A stretch of 64,000 nt of DNA from an uncultured Gemmataceae bacterium (GCA_963750165.1 CAVVPN010000003.1:2656001-2720000), one strand, 5' to 3'. Numbered from the stretch's first letter, positions 22,105 through 33,156 are shown. The notes: a model not told the origin generated them from the letters alone. Numbers and translations: made by a program.

Positions 22105-22480
22105 GGGGTCAGGTTTATTTACGGCTACAAGGCCGAACATGGATTGGGGCGCTCGCCGCGCCTCGGTTTTCCCAGTTTTGCGCTGGCCGGCGGCCGCGTA
22201 ACCGCCCCCTTTTCGGATTGCAAGTGAGAAACGCCGGGGAAACGACAAGCCACCCGGACAGTCTTAAATTAGTGACGAGAAGTCTCCGCATGCTCCGCGC
22301 GTCTGAACGTCACCGCAGGCCGCGGCCAGCGCCGCGACGTGCGCCGGCGTCGTGCCGCAGCAGCCGCCGACCAGCACCGCCCCCGCCCGCACCACCTCCG
22401 GTAACCAGTCCGCCAGCTGCCCCGGTGTCACCGGATACCCCCTTTTCGCTTCTTCCTGACCCCCTTTTTCGCTTCTTCCT
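22105..22480 (-). mobile_element. Dispersed cargo-carrying repeat, copy C, followed by tandem CCCCTTTTCGCTTC half-arms
   Basis: Direct repeat of copy B lacking its ~37-bp internal hairpin half; GGCCGTTP fragment within 22264-22440. Confidence 0.85.
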
Positions 22481-22520
22481 GGCTTCGTAAACCTCACCTT
22501 CTCACCTGCAAGGGCGCCGA

Positions 22521-22682
22521 ATCTCGACGTGTGAAAAAGTTGGCCCCCTTGGCCTCCTTGGCCCCCTTGCTGTGACGGGCGGCGCCGTTTGTTGTCGCGC
22601 CGTGCCACCCGTCCAGAGCCACGGCGCCAACTCTCGACGTGTGAAAAAGTTGGCCCCCTTGGCAGTCTTGGCTCCCTTGCTC
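22521..22682 (+). repeat. 50-bp dispersed repeat, copies 2 and 3
   Basis: TCTCGACGTGTGAAAAAGTTGGCCCCCTTGGC..CTTGGC..CTTGC twice, 111 bp apart. Confidence 0.85.
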
Positions 22683-22902
22683 GGTCAGCCGACGCTGGCC
22701 GGCGACTCCCAGCGCCACTCCGACAGCGCCTGGAGACAGCGCCAGGCAATTCGGCCCAGCAAAAATCGTTGACGGTGTCATGGGCAGGCCGTAGACTCGA
22801 TGACGTTTAATGCACCATTGCGCCTGGCCCCATTGAAGTTGCGTGCGCTGGCTGTTTTCGTGCTGGGGATGCTTGGGAAGGTCGTCCAAGGAGTCTCGTC
22901 CC

Positions 22903-25286
22903 ATGGGTGGTTGGGTCAAATCAACCCGCTTCTGGATGCCCGCCCTGCTGGTGGCCGGCGGACTGGTCGGTTTCCATGGGGCACACCAGGCGCCCCAGCC
23001 TGGCCCTGCGCAGGAAGCGCAACCGGACAGTGCCACCGTCCAGAAATTTGTCACCCAGCATTGCCTCAGCTGCCACAATGGCGATGACAAACGGGGCGGA
23101 CTGGCGCTCGACGCCATCAGTGCCGATGACGTGGGCAAGCACGCGGCGATCTGGGAAAAGGTCGTGCGCAAGCTCGTCGCGCGGCAAATGCCTCCCGCGG
23201 GCAAGAAGCGTCCGGACGAGAAGGCGTATGAAAAATTCGTCGCCGCGCTCGCAACCGCCCTGGACCGCGCGGCCGCCGCACACCCCAATCCCGGCCGAAC
23301 CGTCACCTTGCGCCGCTTGAATCGCACGGAGTATCAGAACGTCATCCGCGACCTCCTGGCGGTGGACGTGGACGCCGCGGCCCTGCTGCCGCAGGACGAA
23401 GCTAACCACGGCTTCGACAGCGCACCGCTGGGCGATCTGTCACCGACACTGCTGGAGCGCTACGTCACGGCGGCGCAGAAGATCAGTCGTCTGGCCGTCG
23501 GTCGGGCGCCGACCACGCCCAACAGCGATACGTTCCGGACCCGGCCGGACCTGACGCAGGAAGGCCACGTTGCCGGGCTGCCCCTGGGGACGCGCGGCGG
23601 CCTGCTGATTCCGTACACCTTCCCGCAAGACGGCGACTACGACATCCAGGTCTGGCTGACGCGCGACCGCAACGAACACATTGAGGGTTTGCGCGAACCG
23701 CACGAACTGGAAGTGCTGCTGGACCGCAAGCGCGTGGCGGCGTTCACCGTCAAACCGCCCGCCAGGGGCCAGTCCGATGCCCAGGTCGATAAAAACCTGA
23801 AGGCCCGCGTCACGGTGGCGGCCGGGCTGCACGACCTGGGCGCCACGTTCGTGCAGCACCCGGCGTCGTTGCAGGAAACCAAGCGCCAGCCGTATCCGGC
23901 GCACTGGAACCTGCATCGGCACCCGCGCAAAACGCCGGCGGTCTACCAGGTGTCGATCACCGGCCCCTACAACGCGAAAGGGCATGGCGAGACCGCCAGT
24001 CGCCGCCGTCTGTTTATCTGCGCACCGACCGGGCCGAAGGACGAAGAGGCTTGCGCCGAAAAAATCCTGTCCGCGCTGCTGCGCCGGGCCTACCGCAAGC
24101 CGGTCACCGCTGCCAACCTCGACAAGGTGATGAAGTTCTATCGGCAAGGCGCAAGGCCGGGGATTTCGACGCCGGCATTGAAATGGCCGTGAGTGCCGTG
24201 CTGGTGAATCCGCAGTTTCTGTTCCGCATCGAACGGGACCCGCCCGGCGTCGCTGCGAAGACCGCCTATCGGGTCAGCGACCTGGATCTGGCATCCCGAT
24301 TGTCCTTCTTCCTGTGGGGCACCATCCCGGACGACGAACTGCTGGACCTGGCCGAGCGCAACGAACTCCGCAAGCCCAAAGTGTTTGAACAACAGGTGCG
24401 GCGCCTGCTGGCGGACGAACGCACGCGCAACCTGGCGACCAATTTCGCAGTGCAATGGCTGCACCTCCGCAACCTGGAGTCGATCACGCCGGACCTGCGG
24501 TTGTTCCCGGATTTCGACGACAATCTGCGAACCGCCTTCCGGCAAGAAACCGAACTGTTCGTGGACAGTATGCGCCGCGAGGACCGGAGCGTGCTGGACC
24601 TGCTGTCGGCGGACTACACGTTTCTCAACGAGCGCCTCGCCAAACATTACGGCATCCCGCACGTCTATGGCGAGCGCTTTCGGCGCGTGGCGCTCGGTGC
24701 CGACCGGCAACGGGGCGGCCTGCTGCGGCACGGGAGCATTCTGACGGTCACGTCCTACGCCACGCGGACCTCACCGGTGGTGCGGGGCAAGTGGGTCCTC
24801 GAAAACTTACTCGGAACCCCACCGCCGCCCCCGCCGGCGGACGTGCCGGCGCTGCGGGAGAACACCGTGGGGACGAATCTGACGATCCGCGCGCGCCTGG
24901 CCCAGCATCGCTCCAACGCCGCCTGCGCGAGTTGCCATCGGCTGATCGATCCGGTGGGCTTCTCGCTGGAACAGTTCGACGCGGTGGGCCGCTGGCGAGA
25001 TCGGGACGAGGGGCAGCCGGTCGATGCGGCCGGGGGGCTGCCGGACGGCAGCGCGTTTGAGGGCGTTGCCGGACTTGAGAAGGCGCTGCAGCAGCGGCCA
25101 GAGTGGTTTGTCCGCACGCTGACCGAGAAACTTTTTACCTTCGCACTGGGCCGGGCGCCGGAAGAATATGATGCCCCGGCCATCCGCAAGATCGTCCGCG
25201 ATGCGCGGGCGAACCATTACCGCTTTTCCGCGCTGATCGTGGGCCTCACGACCAGCACACCGTTTCAAATGAGGAGGTCGCAGTGA
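22903..25286 (+). CDS. DUF1592/DUF1587/DUF1588/DUF1585-type planctomycete protein with CxxCH, apparent frameshift near 24150
   Basis: CLSCH, LRRLNRTEY, LASRLSFFLW, TSPVVRGKWVL, CASCHRLIDPVGF. Confidence 0.9.
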
Positions 25287-26626
25287 TCGTCACCAAGAAG
25301 GCGCTGTCGCGACGGACGTTTCTGCGCGGGGCGGGAACCGCACTGGCTTTACCGCTGCTCGATGCCATGATTCCCGCCATGACCGCCGAGGCCCAGACGC
25401 CGGCGGCCCCGCAGCGTCTGCGCCGTCTCGGCTACGTTTACATTCCCATGGGCTGCGATGGCACGCGCTGGACGCCGACCGGTCAGGGCAATCTGAATCA
25501 GCTGTCGCCCACGCTCGCCCCGCTGGAACGGGTCAAGCAGCATGTCACGGTGATCGGCAATCTGGAATTGCGGAACGCCTACCCCGGCACGCACGCGACC
25601 TCCAACTCGGCGTTCCTGAGCGCCGCCCGGGCCAGGCTCACGGAGAGCGCGGACTATTATCTGGGGACCACGGCCGATCAGATCGCCGCCCGGCACATCG
25701 GCCGAGACACGCAGTTGCCCTCGCTCGAACTGTCCATGGATTTGCTGACGCTCGCCGGCCAGTGCGACAACGGTTACGCCTGCGTCTACCAGAACAATCT
25801 TTCCTGGTCGTCGCCGACGACGCCACTGCCGAGCGAGGCGCATCCGCGGGTCGTCTTCGAGCGGCTGTTCGGCGACGGCGCCACCAGCGCGGAACGCCGC
25901 GCGGCCCTGCGGAGCCGAGCCAGTCTGCTCGATTCCGTGCGCGAGGAGTTGGCCCAGCTCAATAACCAGCTCGGCGCAACCGATCGCGCCACCGTCGCCC
26001 AGTACACGGACAGCGTGCGCGAGGTGGAACGCCGCATTCAACGCGCCGAGGCCAACGCCAACGAACACCCGCTCCCCGATCTCGACCGTCCGGTGGGCGT
26101 CCCGGCCTCCTACGCCGAGCACGCCCGGTTGATGTTCGACCTGCAGGTGCTGGCCTTCCAGAGCGACATCACGCGCGTCATCACCTTCCAGCTGGCGCGG
26201 GAAACGAGTAACCGGACCTACCCCGAGATCGGCGTTTCCGATCCGCATCATCCGCTCACGCATCATGGCGGCGACCCAGCGAAGATCGCCAAGGTAGCCC
26301 TGATCAACCGCTTCCACGTCTCGCTGTTCGCCGACTTTCTCGTGAAGTTGCGCGACACGCGGGAGGGCAATGGTACGCTCCTGGACCATGCGCTGCTGCT
26401 GTACGGCAGCGGCATGGGCAACGGCAACCTGCACGACCACGACAACCTGCCGATCCTGGTCGCCGGTGGCGCCGCGGGCCGGATGCGCGGCGGGCGGCAC
26501 GTCCGCTATGGGAAGCCGACGCCGTTGGCCAACCTGCACCTGACGCTGCTCGATAAGGTCGGGGTCCGCATCGACTCATTCGCTGACAGTCGCGGCAGGT
26601 TGGATGACCTGTTTGCTCCGCTGTAA
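25283..26626 (+). CDS. DUF1552 domain protein
   Basis: LSRRTFLRGAGTALALPLLDAM, PRVVFERLFG, YGSGMGNGNLH; GTGA overlap with upstream gene. Confidence 0.92.
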   Translation: MIVTKKALSRRTFLRGAGTALALPLLDAMIPAMTAEAQTPAAPQRLRRLGYVYIPMGCDGTRWTPTGQGNLNQLSPTLAPLERVKQHVTVIGNLELRNAYPGTHATSNSAFLSAARARLTESADYYLGTTADQIAARHIGRDTQLPSLELSMDLLTLAGQCDNGYACVYQNNLSWSSPTTPLPSEAHPRVVFERLFGDGATSAERRAALRSRASLLDSVREELAQLNNQLGATDRATVAQYTDSVREVERRIQRAEANANEHPLPDLDRPVGVPASYAEHARLMFDLQVLAFQSDITRVITFQLARETSNRTYPEIGVSDPHHPLTHHGGDPAKIAKVALINRFHVSLFADFLVKLRDTREGNGTLLDHALLLYGSGMGNGNLHDHDNLPILVAGGAAGRMRGGRHVRYGKPTPLANLHLTLLDKVGVRIDSFADSRGRLDDLFAPL

Positions 26627-26639
26627 AATGTTGTGGTGA

Positions 26640-26790
26640 TACGCTCTTCGCTACGCGACGGGCTTTGCGGGCGCGTAGCGAAGAGCGTACACCGTGTAAT
26701 ACGAAATCGCCTTGTTCGTTCGTGGTGGGTCGGAGCTCGAGCGCCAGCGAGGAGCAGCGCTGGCCCCTCGCTGGCGCTCGGGCTCCAACC
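26640..26790. repeat. Two adjacent REP-like hairpins
   Basis: TACGCTCTTCGCTACGCG...CGCGTAGCGAAGAGCGTA; GGTCGGAGCTCGAGCGCCAGCGAGG...CCTCGCTGGCGCTCGGGCTCCAACC (family also at 49184 and 56790). Confidence 0.8.
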
Positions 26791-27179
26791 GGAAACGCGA
26801 ATCGCCAGGGCGCTGCCGTATAAGTCCGTTCTGGATAGGGCGAGCGGTTACGCGAATCACACGTTCGGCGGCTTGACGGTGCAAAGGGGTTCGTTTGGCA
26901 TAGTGTCTTTGGCGTTTTCTGAGTCGAAAAAATGCAAGTGATTCGAGAATGCAGCCTGAAGGATTACGCTGGACAGTTCTGGCAGCGCCAGAGGGGAAAG
27001 AAAACTCGTGATGACGAACCTGCGATCTCGGACATTGAAAGAGGTGGAGATCCTGTTTTCTGGCTAGCTAACATCTATCCGTACAAGCTGCCCCAACCAT
27101 ATAACGACAAGATTGAACTGGTCAAGTTCGAGGAACCTGAGGAACTCAATTGCCTCCTCATTCATTACTCGATGATTAA

Positions 27180-28566
27180 GGCAACGTTTCAAAATTAATC
27201 CGCAGTTCCCTTCTACAATAACCCTGGCCCAACCGGGGGCCTGGTTTGGAAGGGAGGCAGAGCCGTGGACATCCACCAATGCCAATGCCCTCACTGCCGA
27301 CAAGGTGCGGACCACCCCGAACGCGCCCTCCATTACCGGCTCAACCTTCTCCTGAGCCGGTTGGATGAGCACCAACGCCGGTGGTTGGCAGCCTGGGAGT
27401 CCCAGAAGGTCGGCCGCGGCGGCGACCGCCTACTGTCCCTCATCACCGGCCTGAACGTGGAAACCATCCGGCGCGGTCGCCGGGAACTCGAGGACTCCCT
27501 GCGGGACTGCCCCCCGGATCGCATCCGCCGGCCCGGGGCAGGACGGCCCGCTGTGAAAAAAAAGTGCCGGGCCTCATGAACGCTTTGAGGCAGCTGGTTG
27601 AGGAGCAGACCGCCGGCAGCCCGCAAACCTGTCAGAAGTGGGTGCGCCACAGCGTCGCCTACCTGAGCACGCGGTTGCAAGGCCAAGGCTTCGCCGTCAG
27701 CCCCGCCACGGTCTATCGCCTGTTGGACGACCTGGGCTATTCGCTCAAGGCCAACCGCAAGCGCTTCACCGGCCCGCCTCACCCAGACCGGGACCGGCAG
27801 TTCGCGTACATCGCCGGGCAGCGGCGCCGCTTCGCCATCCTCGGCCAGCCGGTGATCAGCGTGGACAGCAAGAAAAAGGAGTTGATCGGCAACTTCAAGA
27901 ATGCAGGGCGGCAGTGGTGCCGGCACGCCACGGAGGTCAACGCCCACGACTTCCTGGACGACGCCTTGGGCCGGGCCGTCCCCTACGGGGTCTACGACGT
28001 GCGCCAGGACCGCGGCCATGTCTACGTGGGGTTGTCCGCCGACACCGCGGCGTTCGCGGGGGACGTGATCGGCCGGTGGTGGCGCGGCGAGGGACGGCTG
28101 TGGTACCCGCAGGCCGACGAGTTGCTGATCCTGTGCGACGCGGGCGGGAGCAACAGTTGCCGCGTGCGGTTGTGGAAACAGCGCCTCCAGGAGGAGTTGG
28201 CCGACCGCTGGGGGCTGTGGGTGACGGTGTGCCATTACCCGCGGGGGGCGTCGAAGTGGAACCCGGTGGAGCACCGGCTGTTCAGCCGCATCAGCGTCAA
28301 CTGGGCGGGGGAGCCGCTGCGAACCGTGGAGACGCTGTTGGCCTGCATCCGGGGCACGGAGACGGACGCCGGTTGGGCGGTACGTGCGACGTTGCTGGAC
28401 GCGGAGTACGCGAAGGGGGTCAAGGTGCCGGACGCAGAAATGCAGACGTGGCGCCTCCAAAGGCATGCCGTCTGCCCCAGTTGGAATTACACCATCAAGC
28501 CACGTTGGACAATATTCTAACATCAGCACCCAGGTGTAAGCTGCGGACTAATTTTGAACGGCTGCC
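27180..28566 (+). mobile_element. ISAzo13-family insertion sequence, 1387 bp
   Basis: IRs GGCAACGTTTCAAAATTAATCCGCAG / CTGCGGACTAATTTTGAACGGCTGCC; TAA duplicated at 27177-27179 and 28567-28569. Confidence 0.93.
27265..28520 (+). CDS. ISAzo13-family DDE transposase in two ORFs joined by -1 frameshift at A8G (27556-27564)
   Basis: ISVDSKKKELIGNFKN, LILCDAGGSN, SKWNPVEHRLFS, WNYTI. Confidence 0.92.
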
Positions 28567-29211
28567 TAAGGACGACTGGATGGTGGAACGCTGTCTTGTT
28601 CCCTGTCCGAAAACTCGACGATTGGGAGACATGGCTGCAATTGCACTTGAGCGAAGATATTTTGAGTCCAGTCATTCTGGCACGCAGATAACGCTGTTTC
28701 GAGAGTGGAAGGACAAGCAGACGCTAACGGGTTTTATTAGCGCAGAATCGTGTCCTCTCGTGGAGATGACTTGGGAACGCGTGTATGAGATCGTGGATGG
28801 ATGGGGCCGTCTACATGCGATGGCTGCACTCGTGAAGTATGGAAGTAAGTTCGAGCCATTTGAATGCTTCGTCGCGAATAGGAAAACGGACGCTGGGCAG
28901 GTTTCTGGTTGAGGGGCAACCGCTGAACCATCTTTGCACGTGGCGGGTCGTATCAGGCTACACGGACACGCCGGGTCGAGCGGCTCGAACGTGAATTGAG
29001 GTGTTCGGTCCCGGAGAGCGGATGAAATTCAACCGATTCCTGGGGGCAATGATTGCCAGGAGGGTATTGACGCAGCTGGCTCAGATGCGTTGTCGCTTCA
29101 TAGTAATGTACTCCTTTCGGCCAGCGCTCGACCGAGTTTGTGAAATCACCGAAAACGTATACCCTTTCACTCATTCATACAGCTGTTGAACCTACCTCTT
29201 GAGAACCAGCG

Positions 29212-31128
29212 ATGATCGATAGCCTTACTGTCGCCGAAGTCGTTTCTGCTATCCTCGAACAGGGTGAGATAACCAAGGACCAGATTCTGGAGACATGGGG
29301 CATCGCGGAAGAGGACTACAAGGAACTGCAGAAACAGGTTCTGAAGGGCAATCAGTCCATTGAAAAGGGGTCAAGGCACAGCGGCGGGTTCGTCGTCAAG
29401 AAGCGCAAAGGGAGACTGCCGGAGGAGAGCACCACCGAAGTGCTGCTGCTGCGGACAGACTGGGAAAAAACTGCCGTGGCGCGACTGGCCGAACTACTGC
29501 AGCACGGGAAACTCGAAGACTTGCTCGGCACGTTGCTACAAACAGTGCGGCAGGTGCGTCTTGCGGAAACAGGAGTCGATCGCCGCGGCCAGAAGTCAGA
29601 GTTGGCCACGGCGCTCGTTCTTCAGCGCGGGATCGATTTGTTCTGTGAAACCGATATCCGCGAAGCCGTGGGCAAGTCGGCGAGCGTTCCCGCGCCCAGT
29701 CGCTGGCACCCAGGTAAGCCGGCCGCAATCGACTTCGTCGCTAACACCGGCTTTCCCCGCGAACTAGCGGGGTTACCCACTGAGGAAGGACTGCCCGATT
29801 TTGAATACCTGGAAGGCCGATTTCGGCTGCGCCCCCTTGAGCCTTTCCAGTGCGAGGTGAAGGAGGAACTGAGCCATACTCTTCAAGATGCAGGCAAGCG
29901 CACGATTGTGACCTTGCCGACGGGGGCCGGCAAGACCCGCGTCGCTGTCGAGACCATTCGCGATTGGCTGACGAATCGGTATGACGTTGCTGCCCAGGCC
30001 CTCACAGGCGGTGTTGTCCTGTGGTTGGCGCATACAGAGGAACTGTGCGAGCAAGCATGCACTTGCTTCAAGCAGGTTTGGGAAGGTTCGGAGAGCGTTT
30101 GTCCGCTGCTCCTAGTGCGCTTCTGGGGCCGCTACACACAGGACCTCGCAAAACACCGGCAGACGCTGGAGCAGGTTCTGACGCGCCCGGGTGTCCTGGT
30201 CTCCACACCGCAGCGGATCATGAACCTGCTGGACCGGCGAATCGAAGGCAGCGAGGCGGTACTCGCTGACTTGACCGGGACCCTGGGCCTGGTAGTCATT
30301 GACGAAGCACATCGTGCCGCGGCGCCTTCGTACCAGCGCATCATGGACAACCTGATTCCAGAGGAGCGCCCGCTGTCGGTAGTCGGCCTCACGGCCACGC
30401 CGTTTCGCATGGAGTACGTAGGAGACGACCCCGAAGAGGGAACACGGGAGCTCAAGGAGATTTTTCACCACCTGATCGAGCCGATGCAGACCCTGGGTTC
30501 TGAGCCAAGACTCAAGCTGCAAGACATGGGCGTCCTCGCGCGGCCGGAGTTGAGAACGATCAAGACGCAGACAAAAATGCGGCTGCCGACGGTGCCCACC
30601 AAGGGAACGCTTTCCGAGGAGGAATTGGAGCGGCTTGATCGAATTCTGGCCGTGCGCACGGACAACACTCCACGGCGCCTCGCGATCCTGAAAGAATTGC
30701 TACCGCTCGCCAAGAACCCTGGACATTCCATCCTGTACTTCGGCCCCACCGTGCGCGATGCCGAATGCATGGCCTATCTATTGCGCCGGGAAGGAATCCC
30801 CGCGGCAGTCGTGAGCGGCAACACCCGCGATGTTACACGGCGCCAGGTGGTCACCGAGTTTAAGCAGAAAAAAATCCGGGTGCTTTGTAACTGCGAAGTT
30901 CTGACTACTGGCTTCGATGCCCCCCAGATCAGTCACATCGTGATGGGACGGCCGACGGTCAGTCGGGTTCTGTACGAGCAGATTGTCGGCCGCGGGCTCC
31001 GCGGGCCGAAGTTTGGCGGGACAGCCACCTGTGTCATTCTCAACTGCGAGGACAACTACACGGGTGACCCACCACCGCTTGGTTATGAATCATTCCGCAG
31101 GGTTTGGCTCGGATCCACGGGTCGGTAG
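29212..31128 (+). CDS. SF2 DEAD/DEAH-box helicase (ResIII/SSL2-like) with N-terminal extension
   Basis: LPTGAGKT, DEAH, GLTATP, VLTTGFDAP, QIVGRGLRG. Confidence 0.93.
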   Translation: MIDSLTVAEVVSAILEQGEITKDQILETWGIAEEDYKELQKQVLKGNQSIEKGSRHSGGFVVKKRKGRLPEESTTEVLLLRTDWEKTAVARLAELLQHGKLEDLLGTLLQTVRQVRLAETGVDRRGQKSELATALVLQRGIDLFCETDIREAVGKSASVPAPSRWHPGKPAAIDFVANTGFPRELAGLPTEEGLPDFEYLEGRFRLRPLEPFQCEVKEELSHTLQDAGKRTIVTLPTGAGKTRVAVETIRDWLTNRYDVAAQALTGGVVLWLAHTEELCEQACTCFKQVWEGSESVCPLLLVRFWGRYTQDLAKHRQTLEQVLTRPGVLVSTPQRIMNLLDRRIEGSEAVLADLTGTLGLVVIDEAHRAAAPSYQRIMDNLIPEERPLSVVGLTATPFRMEYVGDDPEEGTRELKEIFHHLIEPMQTLGSEPRLKLQDMGVLARPELRTIKTQTKMRLPTVPTKGTLSEEELERLDRILAVRTDNTPRRLAILKELLPLAKNPGHSILYFGPTVRDAECMAYLLRREGIPAAVVSGNTRDVTRRQVVTEFKQKKIRVLCNCEVLTTGFDAPQISHIVMGRPTVSRVLYEQIVGRGLRGPKFGGTATCVILNCEDNYTGDPPPLGYESFRRVWLGSTGR

Positions 31129-31230
31129 CGCTGCGATGTCGCCGGCGAGAATGCGTGGGAAGGGAAATGGTGAAAAATGGTGGAAAAGAGTGAAAATGGG
31201 GACGTCCGCGTCCCCTTTTTCTACCCGGCG

Positions 31231-31382
31231 ATCTCGACGTGCGAAAAAGTTGGCGTTCTTGGCGTTCTTGGCGTCCTTGATTCGACAATCGGCGTCACCG
31301 GGCGACGCGCGGTGACGGCCTGGGAGCCATTCTCGACATGTGAAAAAGCTGGCTCCCTTGGCTCCCTTGGCTCCCTTGCTCG
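31231..31382 (+). repeat. 50-bp dispersed repeat, copies 4 and 5
   Basis: TCTCGACGTGCGAAAAAGTTGGCGTTCTTGGCGTTCTTGGC and TCTCGACATGTGAAAAAGCTGGCTCCCTTGGCTCCCTTGGC. Confidence 0.85.
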
Positions 31383-31602
31383 GTCAATCCCTGCCGCGCC
31401 AGGACCGGCCGTGCCAGCCAGCCCAGGCTGGGGTTGAGCCCACGATGCCGCTGTATTCCCACTCCTGGCGCGATTGCTACCCTGTCCGCCGGCGGATAGA
31501 CTCGGGTAAGGAAGAAGTCCGTCATACCGCGCCTGAGCGGCCCGGGACCCCGCGATTTCGCGAAGGACAGGATCTCCCGGCGCTAATTCGGAGTCGATTG
31601 CC

Positions 31603-33108
31603 ATGGGAATGAAGCGATTCGGAATCGGGGCCCTGGTTTTGGTGCTGCTCGCCGGCGGTTCGGCCCTGGCCCAATCCAGCGCCCCGTTGGCGGACGCCGC
31701 GGAAAAGCGGGACCGTGCCCAGATCGACGCCCTGCTCAAAAAAGGCGCTGCCGTCAACGCAGCGCAGGTGGACGGCATGACGGCCCTGCACTGGGCGGTG
31801 TATCACGACGATCTGGCGACCGCAACGCTCCTGGTCAAGGCCGGGGCCAACGTCAAGGCCGCCAACCGCTACGACGTGACGCCCCTCTCGTTAGCTTGCA
31901 CGAACGGCAACACCGAGATCGTGGCATTACTGCTCAAGGCCGGCGCCGATCCCAACACGACGCTGCGCGGCGGCGAGACGGCCTTGATGACGGCCGCCCA
32001 CACGGGCAAACCGGGGCCGGTGCAGGCGCTGCTCGCTCAGGGCGCCAAGATGAATGCCAGGGACCGCAAGGGACAAACGGCCCTGATGTGGGCCGCGGCG
32101 GAGGGCCACGCGGAGGTGGTGTCCCTGTTACTGGCGGCCGGGGCGGAATTCAAAAGTGCGTTGCCCTCCGGGTTCACACCCTTGTTGTTCGCCGCACGGG
32201 AGGGCCGCATCGAGGTCGTCCGCGTGTTGCTGAAGGCGGGAGCCGACGTCAACGACGCAATCCAGGGCAAAAAAGCCGTTTCCCGTGGCCCCAAACCCGG
32301 AACCACTGCGCTGCACATGGCGGTCGAAAACGGCCATTTTGAGCTGGCCATCGTGCTCGTGAAAGCTGGCGCCGATCCGAATGACCTGCGCCCGGGCTAT
32401 GCGGCGTTGCACATGGTCTCCTGGGTCCGCAAGCCCAACCGCGGCGACGACGAGGAAGGCGATCCGCCGCCCATTGGCTCGGGAAAGTTCACCAGCCTGG
32501 AATTCGTCAAGGCAATGGTCGCCCACGGGGCCAAGGTCGATCTGAAGACCACCAGGAGCGTGTCGGGCCGAGGCATCCTCAAAATCCCCGGCGCGACTCC
32601 CCTGCTGGCGGCGGCCTCCACGGCGGATGTACCGCTGCTGGAACTGCTCGTCAAACTGAAGGCCGATCCGCTGCTGCCGAATGCACAGGGTTCCACGCCC
32701 CTGATGGCCGCGGCTGGGGTCGGCGTTGGCGCCCCTGAGGAGGCGGCTGGCACCGAACCGGAAGTGCTGGAGGCCGTCAAGCTGCTCTTGAAGCACGGCG
32801 CGGACATCAATGGGATTGACAAGCACGGCGAAACGGCGATGCACGGCGCCGCCTACCGGAACCATCCAAAGGTGGTATTGCTCCTCGCCGACAAGGGGGC
32901 CAAGATCAAGGTCTGGAACCAGAAGAACAAAACCGGCTTGACGCCTTTGGTGATTGCCGAAGGGTATCGGCCGGGCCTCAACTTCCGACCTTCCCCGGAG
33001 ACCGTTGCCGCTCTCCATCAAGTGATGCGCGCGGCCGGCGTGACGCCGCCAAAACGCGCTGCGCCCAGGGGTGCCCCCAAATCCGAATACAAAGACAAAA
33101 CGAAATAA
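31603..33108 (+). CDS. Secreted ankyrin-repeat protein
   Basis: Signal peptide; repeated GxTALHxA...GADxN motifs. Confidence 0.93.
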   Translation: MGMKRFGIGALVLVLLAGGSALAQSSAPLADAAEKRDRAQIDALLKKGAAVNAAQVDGMTALHWAVYHDDLATATLLVKAGANVKAANRYDVTPLSLACTNGNTEIVALLLKAGADPNTTLRGGETALMTAAHTGKPGPVQALLAQGAKMNARDRKGQTALMWAAAEGHAEVVSLLLAAGAEFKSALPSGFTPLLFAAREGRIEVVRVLLKAGADVNDAIQGKKAVSRGPKPGTTALHMAVENGHFELAIVLVKAGADPNDLRPGYAALHMVSWVRKPNRGDDEEGDPPPIGSGKFTSLEFVKAMVAHGAKVDLKTTRSVSGRGILKIPGATPLLAAASTADVPLLELLVKLKADPLLPNAQGSTPLMAAAGVGVGAPEEAAGTEPEVLEAVKLLLKHGADINGIDKHGETAMHGAAYRNHPKVVLLLADKGAKIKVWNQKNKTGLTPLVIAEGYRPGLNFRPSPETVAALHQVMRAAGVTPPKRAAPRGAPKSEYKDKTK

Positions 33109-33156
33109 CCAGCCGTTGCTTGAGCGCTTACCCTGTTCATTGATGCTACCATCGGA

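Larger units (their letters stand above)
26932..28912 (+). pseudogene. IS-interrupted ~196-aa hypothetical protein with ParB/Srx-like IVDGWGRL motif
   Basis: Removing 27180-28569 joins ...HYSMIK to DDWMVERC... in frame, ending at stop 28912. Confidence 0.8.

Noticed and set aside
22521..22682. Paired 50-bp repeats (also 31231-31382) as mini-CRISPR arrays
   Set aside because: Only two degenerate copies per site, internal 9-bp periodicity, single copies elsewhere and no cas genes
22264..22749. 161-aa ORF as an intact homocysteine S-methyltransferase
   Set aside because: Only the last ~58 codons match the family; the rest is read-through of repeats
28953..29189. Small ORFs between the disrupted gene and the helicase
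   Set aside because: Short, overlapping on opposite strands, no motif; cannot be supported
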